Below, piece by piece: positions 47,938-56,748 of a stretch of DNA of 64,000 nucleotides (position 1 is the stretch's first letter; each line of letters begins with the position of its first letter). The notes beneath the pieces are model-generated. The model saw nothing but the letters and a program-made list of their open reading frames with translations. It ran no database searches and had not been told where the DNA came from. Source of the stretch: Deltaproteobacteria bacterium (GTDB lineage Bacteria > Desulfobacterota > Binatia > UBA12015); NCBI GenBank assembly GCA_029262355.1, contig JAJCZO010000297.1, positions 21,055-85,054 on the forward strand. The letters are read 5' to 3'. The translations under genes were made by a program, and so were the position numbers.

Positions 47938-48951
47938 ATGGGCATTGCATTTGTCGTTCTACTCCCGGTCGCCGGCCTTCTCGGCTGGTACTTGTGGGAG
48001 AGAAGCCACCGCAAGACGCACGCGGTTGGGGCCGGCCTGCAGACCGACATCAAGGTGGCGCACGAGGCGGAGTTCGAGTTGTACCACAACGCCCTCTCGC
48101 TGTGTTCGAAGAAGACTCGCATGTGTCTGGCGGAACTCGGGATCGACTACGTCGGCCATCACATTCACCTCGTCGAGACCGGCGGGTACGAGAACATCGG
48201 CCGTGCGTTCCTCGGCGTGAATCCGGCGGGAACCGTGCCGGTACTCGTGCACGACGGGCACCCGGTCTACGAGTCGCACGAGCAGATCCGCTACGCGGCG
48301 GATCACGCACCACGAGGTGCGTCGTCGCTCGTTCCGTCCGATTTGGTTGCCGAGGCGGAGATGCAGAGATGGGTCGACAAGTCCTCTCTCGGAGGGGATG
48401 ACCCGATCGCCGACGCCAAGCAGAGCGCGGGCAATGCGGTGCCTGGGCTCACGGTGCCGCTGTTCTCCTCGATGATGGACGACGTCCCCGTTCATTGGAT
48501 TCTCGAGGGGGTCTTGTTCCACCGCCTGAAGATCCGCCCGCTGTTGTTCCTCGTCTTGAAGTTGCGCGGACTTCGCGGGCTCTCGAAGCTTCCGCCTGCC
48601 GTGAAGGCGATCCAGGCGTGTGGGCGTGCGATGCACCGCCACCTCGATGATCTCGAGGCGCAGCTCTGCCGCAGCGGCGGTCCGTGGATCCTCGGCCGCA
48701 TGTTCACTTTGGCCGACGTGAGTTGGGCCGTCGTCGTCGAACGACTGCGCGAGGCCGATAGCCTGCACGTGTTCCTCGGGGAAGGGCGGCGACCGGCGGT
48801 ACGCGCGTGGTGGGAGCAGATTCAGGCTCGGCCGAGCTACCGGATGGCCATCGAGGAGCACGGGCACTCCACCGTCGTCGCGGGCACGGAGCGTCTGCGC
48901 CGGGCGAAAGCTGCCGACCCGGCTCTGCGGTCGGCGCTCGAGGACTTCTGA
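47938..48951 (+). CDS. Glutathione S-transferase family protein with N-terminal membrane anchor
   Basis: ATG 47938 with a GGGAGGC RBS. An N-terminal TM helix is followed by a GST thioredoxin-like domain (VNPAGTVPVLVHDGHPVYESHEQIRY) and a C-terminal helical domain. Confidence 0.7.
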   Translation: MGIAFVVLLPVAGLLGWYLWERSHRKTHAVGAGLQTDIKVAHEAEFELYHNALSLCSKKTRMCLAELGIDYVGHHIHLVETGGYENIGRAFLGVNPAGTVPVLVHDGHPVYESHEQIRYAADHAPRGASSLVPSDLVAEAEMQRWVDKSSLGGDDPIADAKQSAGNAVPGLTVPLFSSMMDDVPVHWILEGVLFHRLKIRPLLFLVLKLRGLRGLSKLPPAVKAIQACGRAMHRHLDDLEAQLCRSGGPWILGRMFTLADVSWAVVVERLREADSLHVFLGEGRRPAVRAWWEQIQARPSYRMAIEEHGHSTVVAGTERLRRAKAADPALRSALEDF

Positions 48952-49180
48952 GGCTGGCAGGAGGCGGCGGGCCCAGACCGGTGAAAGAGGAGAGGCGGCG
49001 GGCCTCTGTCCAATAAATGGGCGCGTGATGCTCAACCCCTGTGCACCGGAATTGAATTTCGCCTACAAACACTTATGATCTCGGGCGCGCTCGCTGGCGC
49101 GGATGTTGCGGCGTCGAGAGCGATTTCAGACAACATGTGGGGGGCCCTTTTGCGCGTTTCGCGCGAGTGGGCTTGGTGAG

Positions 49181-49194
49181 GGCTGCACGAACGC
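49181..49194 (+). promoter_or_regulatory. Weak sigma-54-like GG-N10-GC element upstream of glnII (low confidence)
   Basis: aGGgctgcacgaacGCgg has correct -24/-12 spacing but a poor match to TGGCAC/TTGC. A TGCACC NtrC-like half-site lies about 140 bp upstream at 49041. Confidence 0.2.
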
Positions 49195-49259
49195 GGCTTT
49201 TTCAACCTGAACTCTCCTGTCGAGAGAGCTTTGCAGTCTATTGAGGAGCGAATCGCGAG

Positions 49260-50270
49260 ATGAAGACAAAGTTGGAATACATCTGGTTGGACGGATACAC
49301 GCCGACACAGAGCCTTCGCAGCAAAACTCAGGTCAGGTCGGACTTCGGCGGCACGCTCGAGGACTGCCCGATGTGGTCTTTCGACGGAAGCTCGACGGAG
49401 CAGGCTGACGGAAGCTCCTCCGACTGTCTGCTGAAGCCAGTCGCACTCTTCCCCGATCCCGGCCGCAGAAACTCGTTCCTCGTGATGACCGAGGTCTTGA
49501 ACGCCGACCGCACGCCGCATGAGTCGAACGGTCGCGCGACGATCGAGGACAACGACGACGATTTCTGGTTTGGCTTCGAGCAGGAGTACTTCCTGTGGGA
49601 CACCGATACCGATCGCCCTCCGGGTTTCCCGGCCCAGGGCTTTCCCCGTCCGCAGGGTCCGTACTACTGCTCGGTCGGTGGCTCGAACGCCTACGGGCGT
49701 GAGATCGTCGAGGAGCATCTCGATGACTGCCTCGAGGCGGGCATCAACGTCGAGGGGATCAACGGCGAAGTCGCTGCGGGGCAGTGGGAGTTTCAGGTGT
49801 TCGCGAAGGGCGCCGCGCGCGCCGGGGACGAGACCTGGGTTGCGCGCTACCTGCTCGAGCGCATTGCCGAGAAGTATGGCTTCTCGATCAACTGGCACCC
49901 GAAGCCGCTCGGCGACAGCGACTGGAACGGCTCCGGCATGCACGCGAACTTCTCCAACGGCCAGATGCGTGAGTTGGGCAAGGAGGACGTCTTCACCCAG
50001 ATCTGTGACGAGTTCGCAAAGAACATCGACCGTCACATCTCGGTGTACGGTGCCGACAACCATCAGCGGTTGACCGGTGCGCACGAGACGCAGGCGATCG
50101 ATACCTTCAGCTACGGCGTTTCGGACCGGGGCGCCTCGATCCGCATTCCGATCGGCACGCTCGAGGATGGCTGGAAGGGGCGCCTGGAAGATCGACGCCC
50201 GGCGTCGAACGCAGATCCGTACAAGGTTGCGGCTGCGATCGTGAAGACCACGAAGGAAGCTGTGGGCTGA
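49260..50270 (+). CDS. glnII: Glutamine synthetase type II (eukaryote-like GSII)
   Basis: MKTKLEYIWLDGYTPTQSLRSKT... and a 336-aa length are characteristic of GSII. A GAGGAG RBS lies 8 nt upstream. Confidence 0.9.
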   Translation: MKTKLEYIWLDGYTPTQSLRSKTQVRSDFGGTLEDCPMWSFDGSSTEQADGSSSDCLLKPVALFPDPGRRNSFLVMTEVLNADRTPHESNGRATIEDNDDDFWFGFEQEYFLWDTDTDRPPGFPAQGFPRPQGPYYCSVGGSNAYGREIVEEHLDDCLEAGINVEGINGEVAAGQWEFQVFAKGAARAGDETWVARYLLERIAEKYGFSINWHPKPLGDSDWNGSGMHANFSNGQMRELGKEDVFTQICDEFAKNIDRHISVYGADNHQRLTGAHETQAIDTFSYGVSDRGASIRIPIGTLEDGWKGRLEDRRPASNADPYKVAAAIVKTTKEAVG

Positions 50271-50299
50271 GCACACGCCTCGATAGGTCATTCGAAGAC

Positions 50300-50330
50300 G
50301 GGGCCGCATACTGCGGCCCCGTTCTTCGTT
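50300..50330. terminator. Bidirectional intrinsic terminator between glnII and the convergent kinase gene
   Basis: GGGGCCGC-atact-GCGGCCCC hairpin followed by GTTCTTCGTT. On the opposite strand an A/G-rich run precedes it. Confidence 0.55.
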
Positions 50331-50340
50331 GTGCCTGCTG

Positions 50341-51291
50341 CTAGATCCATTTTTCCTGGAGCTCGCGGACGAGCTGGGCGGCGGTCTGGATGCGTCGATC
50401 GGGGTCCTTTCGAATGCACCACATGCAGATGTCCTCGAGGCGTTCGGGAACCTGGTACTTCGAGATCTCGGAGGGCTTCGTGGCCTCGTCTTCGAGTGCA
50501 GACTGGAGCACCTTGTGGATCGTGTCACCCTTGGTCGGGCGGACGCCAGCCAGGATTTCGTAGAGGACGGTTCCGAGGCTGAAGATGTCGGTTCGTCCGT
50601 CGATGGTGTCCTCGCGGCGAATTTGCTCGGGCGACATGTAGGCAGCCGTTCCCTCGAGCTTCCCCTGATGAGTGATGGTGACGTCCGAACTCTTCACGAG
50701 GTCTTCGGTCTCCGGGGGGTCGGGGGAGACACCCTCGCGGTCCCAGACCTTGGCGAGGCCCCAGTCGAGCAGCAGGACTTCGCCAAACGGCCCGACCAAG
50801 ATGTTTTCTGGCTTGATGTCGCGGTGCACGACGCCGTGTGCGTGTGCGAATGCCAGTCCTTGTGCGGTTTGAAGGACGACGTCGACCAACTGGGTGAGAT
50901 CGTAGCGATCGCGGTATTCGTCTTTGATGAGTTCCCGTAGCGTGTAGCCGTGCACCAGCTTCATCGTGAAGTATAGGTGGCCACGAGCGTTCCGTCCGAG
51001 CTCGTAGACGGGCACGGTACTCGGGTGCTGTAGCATTGCGGTGACGCGCGCTTCGCGAACGAACCGTTGTCGCTCGACGTCGTTGTCGGCGAGCTCCTTG
51101 CGGAGTTCTTTGTAACAAATGATCCTACCCAAGTGCAGATCTTTGCACGACTGAATGATCGACTTCCCGCCGCGCGCGATGGTTTTGAAGAACGCGTATC
51201 GGGTTTGCGAGTTGAGCTTGGTCGGTAGGACTCGGTCGGTCTCTTCCAGGTAGACCGAGGACTCTTCTGCGTTCGGCTGCGGAAATTGCAT
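50341..51291 (-). CDS. Serine/threonine protein kinase, catalytic domain only
   Basis: Hanks subdomains are present: GGKSII, VAIK-like ICYKEL, HRDIKPENIL, DWGLAK, and APE-like SPEQ. ATG 51291 gives 316 aa with no sensor or TM domain. Confidence 0.85.
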   Translation of the reverse strand: MQFPQPNAEESSVYLEETDRVLPTKLNSQTRYAFFKTIARGGKSIIQSCKDLHLGRIICYKELRKELADNDVERQRFVREARVTAMLQHPSTVPVYELGRNARGHLYFTMKLVHGYTLRELIKDEYRDRYDLTQLVDVVLQTAQGLAFAHAHGVVHRDIKPENILVGPFGEVLLLDWGLAKVWDREGVSPDPPETEDLVKSSDVTITHQGKLEGTAAYMSPEQIRREDTIDGRTDIFSLGTVLYEILAGVRPTKGDTIHKVLQSALEDEATKPSEISKYQVPERLEDICMWCIRKDPDRRIQTAAQLVRELQEKWI

Positions 51292-51379
51292 GCGTGTTGG
51301 CCCCCGGGGGCCACCTTCCCACAACTAGACCGTCAGTGCACGAGCTTGACGTCCTCTGGGTCGCAGGGGAGGGAAGGGG

Positions 51380-52780
51380 ATGGAAAGCTGCCGAAGATCG
51401 ATGACCGCGATCCTCCTCGCGCTGCTCGTGCTCTCGGCGTGCAGGTCGGCGCGGGAGATCGTGCGGCTCCCCGACGATCCTCCGTCCGCAGTGCTGGTTG
51501 CGGATGTCTCGGTTCTCGACGTCGAGTCGGGCTCTCTGTCGTCCCACCGGGATGTCCTCATCCGGGACGGCCGCATCGCGAGCATCGAGTCGGCCGGCGA
51601 TATCGAACTTCCCGAGGGGGGTCATACCATCGATGGCCGCGGGGCCACGCTGCTGCCGGGGCTGATCGACATTCACGGCCACATAAGCTCACCCACCGGC
51701 CCGCCGTGGACACGCAGCCTGCCCGACGACGACGCCAACCTCCAAGCGTTTCTCTACGCGGGCGTAACCACGGTCCTCGATATGGGATCGATGGCGCCTG
51801 ACGCCTACGAGCGACGCGAACGTCTGAGAACGGGTGAGCAGCTCGGGCCGACGACGTTTGAGGCGGGCCCGATCGTCACCGCGGTGGGAGGGCACCCTGC
51901 GGCGATCTTCCGGGCGAGTCTGCCCTGGTTCTTGAGCTGGTACGTGGTGCCGCGGATGACGCGCGAGATCGCGACGCCGGAGCAGGGGGAAGCCGCGGCG
52001 GCCGAGATTGCTGCCATGGGTGCAGACGTGATGAAGGTCGCGGTCGATCGGATTCCGCCCGACGCGCCACGCATCACGAACGAGAGCTTGGCTGCGGCGG
52101 TTGCCGAAGCGAGGACGCACGACTTGCGCGCCGTCGCTCACATCGGAACGGCGCAAGACGCCATCGACGCGGCGGAGGCGGGAGTCGCCGCCTGGGTGCA
52201 TGGCGTGTACAAGGAGCCCCTGTCCGACGAGCAAGTCGCGAAGCTCGCGAGCTTCGGGATTCCGATGGCCCCGACGCTCATTCTCTTTGAAACGTTCGCC
52301 GCGTTTGGAGATCCGTTCGAGCCGACCGACCTCGAGCGCCAGATCGCCGCTCCCGCCGACCTTGCGGCGATGAACGAAGTGCCCGGGAGTTTTGATCTGA
52401 CGCGCATGCGGTCTCTGAGAGGAGGGCTCGCGTCGTCACGTGAGAACGTCCGGCGCCTGCATGAGGCGGGGGTCACTCTCCTCGCCGGGAGTGACACACA
52501 GGCGGGGCTCATCGCGGGAGCGAGCCTGCATCGCGAGATCGGGCTCCTGGTCGAGGCGGGCCTCACGCCGGCTGAGGCAATCCGGTCGGCGACGCTCCAC
52601 CCGGCACGGTTCCTCGCCCGAACCGAGTCGCCGGACTTCGGGGTCGTGAAGGAAGGCGCCCGGGCGGACCTGCTGCTTGTGGAAGGGGATCCGCTGGCCG
52701 ATGTGGCGAACCTTGCGCGCATCCGGGCTGTTCTGAAGGCGGGCGTGCCGCTCGAACGCATGGCGCGCTCCCCAGGTTGA
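51380..52780 (+). CDS. Amidohydrolase-family metal-dependent hydrolase, lipoprotein
   Basis: Lipobox LLALLVLSAC, HxH metal motif (GLIDIHGHIS), and a C-terminal aspartate block of the amidohydrolase fold. Confidence 0.8.
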   Translation: MESCRRSMTAILLALLVLSACRSAREIVRLPDDPPSAVLVADVSVLDVESGSLSSHRDVLIRDGRIASIESAGDIELPEGGHTIDGRGATLLPGLIDIHGHISSPTGPPWTRSLPDDDANLQAFLYAGVTTVLDMGSMAPDAYERRERLRTGEQLGPTTFEAGPIVTAVGGHPAAIFRASLPWFLSWYVVPRMTREIATPEQGEAAAAEIAAMGADVMKVAVDRIPPDAPRITNESLAAAVAEARTHDLRAVAHIGTAQDAIDAAEAGVAAWVHGVYKEPLSDEQVAKLASFGIPMAPTLILFETFAAFGDPFEPTDLERQIAAPADLAAMNEVPGSFDLTRMRSLRGGLASSRENVRRLHEAGVTLLAGSDTQAGLIAGASLHREIGLLVEAGLTPAEAIRSATLHPARFLARTESPDFGVVKEGARADLLLVEGDPLADVANLARIRAVLKAGVPLERMARSPG

Positions 52781-52956
52781 ACGAGCACCGCGTCGACCCA
52801 CTGGCCGCGCCGCCCTAGGGCCCACCTTTTGCCAAGACGATCACACGATTCTGGGGGGGCCTCTCGCGTTGACGGACAGCGATCTGGCCGAGCTCGAGCG
52901 ACAGAACATCATCGGGAACGGATCGCACACGGATCGCGGCGTGATATGGCTCGGCT

Positions 52957-53400
52957 ATGGCAGAGTGGAAAAGAGCCGAGGTCGAAGCCGCGTTCCACGA
53001 GTTCGTCGCGATGGGTGATCGTTGCGCGGAGTCGGGAGACTGGAACCCGTGGGCTGACATTCACAGCGAAGACGGCGTGTGGTTCGAGCACCACTTTGGC
53101 ACGCAACGAGGCCGCGAGGCGATCCGCCAGGTGATCGTGGACGTCATGAAGCCGGTGCCGATGATGTACTTCCCGGTCGAGTGGTACATGATCGATAACA
53201 ACCGGGTCGCGTCGTACATCTGGCAGCAGATGCCCGACCCTGCCGGTGGCACCGAAGTCTATCGGTTCGGCAACATCACCGTTCTCGAGTACGCGGGTGA
53301 GGGTCTCTGGTCGTTTCAGGAGGACGTCTACAACCCGACCGAGGCTACCGACATGATGAAGCGTTGGATCGCGGCCGGAGGAAAGCTCGCAAGCGCGTAG
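52957..53400 (+). CDS. NTF2/SnoaL-like protein
   Basis: 147 aa of SnoaL-like composition (FHEFVAMGDRCAESGDWNPWADIHSEDGVWFEHHFG). Confidence 0.55.
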   Translation: MAEWKRAEVEAAFHEFVAMGDRCAESGDWNPWADIHSEDGVWFEHHFGTQRGREAIRQVIVDVMKPVPMMYFPVEWYMIDNNRVASYIWQQMPDPAGGTEVYRFGNITVLEYAGEGLWSFQEDVYNPTEATDMMKRWIAAGGKLASA

Positions 53401-53536
53401 CCGATCGATGCGTGGGGCGCAGCGCGGTGCAGCCACCCGATGGTAGTGCACGCGTGCAGTTGCACGGTGCGGCCTGGCGTGGTGTCAGTGCGGAGTGTGG
53501 CGACGTGATCCCGAAGTCGATCCCGCCGATGTCGGC

Positions 53537-54730
53537 ATGGACCGCGATGCCGTGAATCGAATCGCCGAAGAGTTCGAGAGCACCTGCGAGACGGGCGAGC
53601 GGTTTCACGGCGCGCAGATGGCACTGTACCGCGACGGTCGTCGTGTTCTCGACGTCGGCGGCGGCCAGGCTCGGCTCCGCACGAACGAGCCCGTCGTCGA
53701 GGACACCCTCTTCGTCATGTTCAGCTGCACGAAGGCGCTGGCTTCCTTGGCCATGTTGATGCTGTACGAGCGAGGCAAGTTCCACTACGACGAACACGTC
53801 GCGGCCTACTGGCCGGAGTTCGCGCAGCGGATGCCCGAGAAGGCGGGCATCACGATCCGCCACGTCATGAGCCACCGAGCGGGGTTCCCCGGTGGGCCGG
53901 AGTGGCTCACCGCGCGCCACTGGGGCGATCGCGCGGCAATCCGTAAGGCGATGGAGGAGGTCGAGCTCTCGTTCCCGGCCGGGCAGAAGAATGCGTACCA
54001 CGCGATCAATTTCGGCCACATGGTGAACGAGCTCGTCGAACGGATCGATGGGCGTGATTGCGGCGTCTTCCTACGTGAGGAAGTCTTCGAACCGCTCGGG
54101 CTGCATGACATCCACGTCGGCCTGCCGGAAGACCGCCGTCTCGAGGCTCGCGTGGCGTGGTGTTACAATGAGATGAATCTGAGCGCGGCACGCGCGACCG
54201 GAGTGGTGGCGCCTGGGCACGAGTCCAGCGGCGGGGAAGACGCGGGCTCCCTGGCGGGCGCCGCTGCGCGGGACCTGTCTCGTTCGGAAAGTGAGACACC
54301 AGAATTTGCGCATCCGTTCAACCGCCCGGCCACGCATCGCGCGGTGCTCCCGGCGGCAGGTGGGATCGCAACTGCGCGGGACCTCACCGAGGTGCTGGCT
54401 GTGCTCGCTCTTGGCGGTAGGCGCGGTGACGTCGAACTCGTGAGTCGTGAAGGCCTCGCTGCGGTCACTGCGCCGACCAATCGGGCGAGCGATCTCGATG
54501 GGACCGTCGGCTGGCCGCTTCGTTGGAGCACCGGATTCTCGCTGGGCTTTCACGGCGACGGCAGCACGTTGCGTACGTTTGGGCACGGTGGTGCAGGTGG
54601 GCAAGAGACGTTTGCGGATCCGGATCGGCGCCTCGCGTGGACCTTCCTCACCAACGGTGAGATATCGAAGGACTTCATCGATTGGCGATACGGGCTCCAG
54701 TCGATGGCCTTCGCGGCCTGCAAAGAGTGA
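53537..54730 (+). CDS. Beta-lactamase-family serine hydrolase (class C/esterase-like)
   Basis: S-x-x-K motif in MFSCTKALASLAML and a later Tyr and HGG block (TFGHGGAGGQ). Cytoplasmic, with no signal peptide. A GTG at 53495 is an alternative start. Confidence 0.75.
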   Translation: MDRDAVNRIAEEFESTCETGERFHGAQMALYRDGRRVLDVGGGQARLRTNEPVVEDTLFVMFSCTKALASLAMLMLYERGKFHYDEHVAAYWPEFAQRMPEKAGITIRHVMSHRAGFPGGPEWLTARHWGDRAAIRKAMEEVELSFPAGQKNAYHAINFGHMVNELVERIDGRDCGVFLREEVFEPLGLHDIHVGLPEDRRLEARVAWCYNEMNLSAARATGVVAPGHESSGGEDAGSLAGAAARDLSRSESETPEFAHPFNRPATHRAVLPAAGGIATARDLTEVLAVLALGGRRGDVELVSREGLAAVTAPTNRASDLDGTVGWPLRWSTGFSLGFHGDGSTLRTFGHGGAGGQETFADPDRRLAWTFLTNGEISKDFIDWRYGLQSMAFAACKE

Positions 54731-54735
54731 CGGCG

Positions 54736-56691
54736 CTAGAGCAGGCCGAGGAACGCTAGGAGAGAGGCTCGCTCGCCGCCGCTGAGCGGGCGTTCCGGTG
54801 CCTTGGCGGTGTGCTGTGGCCCATCGGTCGTCGTCGTGATGCGGGCGAGCACGGCGTCGAGATCTGGCGCAGACCCATTGGTGAAGTACGGTCGTTTTCG
54901 GTAGAGCCGCCGCAGCGAAGGCACGCGGGCGCCACGGGGGTGTACGTACGGTGTGATGCCGGTCTTTTCGTAGCCCTCGCGGCCCCAGATGATCGTGCCC
55001 CCCGTGAAGAGGTTTGCCTCCCAGTCGGCGAAGGCGACATGGGTCTCCGCGTCGTCCGACACCAAGCGAGCGGCGTGGCAGCCTTCGCACCGCTCGCGAA
55101 ACGCGACCGCACCTCGGTGTTCGAGCGGTGTGAAGGCGGACCTTCCGCTCACGGCTGGGTTCGGTAGGTGTTCGAGCTCCATGAGGAACGTCATGAGTGC
55201 GCGGCGGAGCCATACGGGCGAAAGAGCTTCGGTTGCGCCGTGAAGGCCGGGCATCCACGCGACATCAGCGTGATCGAGCCCGAACCACGGATCGCGGCCG
55301 TTGTGCTTGTTTGCCACCCGGAACTCGTTGTGAACCATCCGCGCCATCGTCGGGTCGAGAGCGCGTGAGAAGTAGGGACGATTGCCGTGCAGCCCAACGA
55401 GCGGCTTCGTGGTGGCATGAACGTCTCCTCGTCCGGTGGAGTGCGTACGCCCGTCGACGTAGCCTTCATGATGGCAGGTTTCGCAGGTGAAGCGGCTTCG
55501 CGGTCCCTCGCTCGTGTTCCACGGAGCCATGAGCGTGGTGAAGAAGAGCGCTTCACCGACCATGGATTCCGCGCTGCGCGTGGCCTTCGGTTCTGCGACG
55601 ACCGGCGCGTTGGGGGCGCGCAGGAGGACCCAGGAATCGAGAAGTGGGTTCGCCGCGAGCGGGCCCGCGACGTCGGTCGTTCCCGGGGGGAGGGCCATGC
55701 GGCTCACCTCGGGCTCGGATGTGAGGTCGCCGCCGGGCCAGTCGAGGGAGACCAAGCCCTCCGAGGCGTACCCAGCGACCCGGAGCTCGAAGCCGTCATT
55801 TCTGGCCAGCAGCTCGAGCCACTTGGGTGTGACCACGCCGAGGGCCGACAGGTTCACTTCGCCAAGCAGCGTCGCAACGCCGCTCTTCGGGGTCACGCGG
55901 TACACGAACGCGAACGAGTCGATGTAGCCGAACCCCCCGTCGCTGCGGTCGAGCGGGCGGTTCTCTACGCCGCCGGCTGCGATCAGTAGGTCCCCGTGGT
56001 CGCGCAGGCCTGCCATCGACCACAGGGGGCCGTCGTGCACGATCCGCGCGCGTTCGTGCCCGCCTGGGTCGATGACGACGAGCGCACCTTCGAGCAGGCA
56101 GTTCGCGATTGCGAGGTCATCGAGCGCGACGATTGCGACTGGGCCCTCGCACGGTGCGACGGTGCGTGGGGCGACCGGGTCTCGTATCTCACCGAGGGCT
56201 ACGATCCTGTGGGAGACGGCGTCGAGTACGAGGGTCGTGTCGCCGAGCACGGCAATGTCGCGCAGCGAATGGGTTCCGGAAACCGAACGTGAGCCCTGCC
56301 GGGTCACCTCGTTGGCGTCTACGTCGTAGTGCGCGATCTCTCCGCGCTGCTCGCCTACGACTACGAGCTGGCCGCTCGGTGTGAACGCGAAGCCCGTGGG
56401 ACTCGGTGGCGTCGGCGCGCGGTCGTGCTCGCGGCCGTTCTCGTCGAGCAAGACGACGGCGTCCGCGCCACCCAGAAGACCGACCCACCGGCCAGGGACC
56501 GGTGTCGCGAGGATCTTGAACGGGTTCGGTCCGAGGTTCGCGCGAGCCCGACTCCCCCAGTCCGTCTTGGCGCGCACCGCGTTCTCGAACACGACGAGTT
56601 CCTCGGGTTCCGGGCCGCCGGTGACGGGTGCGGTGAGACCGACGAGGGTCGCGCAGACGAGCGCGAAGAGGCGTTTCGGGTTCGACGTCAC
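54736..56691 (-). CDS. Secreted di-haem cytochrome c peroxidase (CCP/MauG family) with N-terminal beta-propeller-like domain
   Basis: Two CxxCH haem motifs (CETCHHEGY and CEGCHAARL) in the C-terminal half, behind a signal peptide. The N-terminal ~330 aa are beta-rich. Confidence 0.75.
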   Translation of the reverse strand: MTSNPKRLFALVCATLVGLTAPVTGGPEPEELVVFENAVRAKTDWGSRARANLGPNPFKILATPVPGRWVGLLGGADAVVLLDENGREHDRAPTPPSPTGFAFTPSGQLVVVGEQRGEIAHYDVDANEVTRQGSRSVSGTHSLRDIAVLGDTTLVLDAVSHRIVALGEIRDPVAPRTVAPCEGPVAIVALDDLAIANCLLEGALVVIDPGGHERARIVHDGPLWSMAGLRDHGDLLIAAGGVENRPLDRSDGGFGYIDSFAFVYRVTPKSGVATLLGEVNLSALGVVTPKWLELLARNDGFELRVAGYASEGLVSLDWPGGDLTSEPEVSRMALPPGTTDVAGPLAANPLLDSWVLLRAPNAPVVAEPKATRSAESMVGEALFFTTLMAPWNTSEGPRSRFTCETCHHEGYVDGRTHSTGRGDVHATTKPLVGLHGNRPYFSRALDPTMARMVHNEFRVANKHNGRDPWFGLDHADVAWMPGLHGATEALSPVWLRRALMTFLMELEHLPNPAVSGRSAFTPLEHRGAVAFRERCEGCHAARLVSDDAETHVAFADWEANLFTGGTIIWGREGYEKTGITPYVHPRGARVPSLRRLYRKRPYFTNGSAPDLDAVLARITTTTDGPQHTAKAPERPLSGGERASLLAFLGLL

Positions 56692-56748
56692 TCTAGCGCA
56701 CCGCCGTTAGCCCTATGTCGATGGCGGTCTCACTCGTCGAGGGGGACG

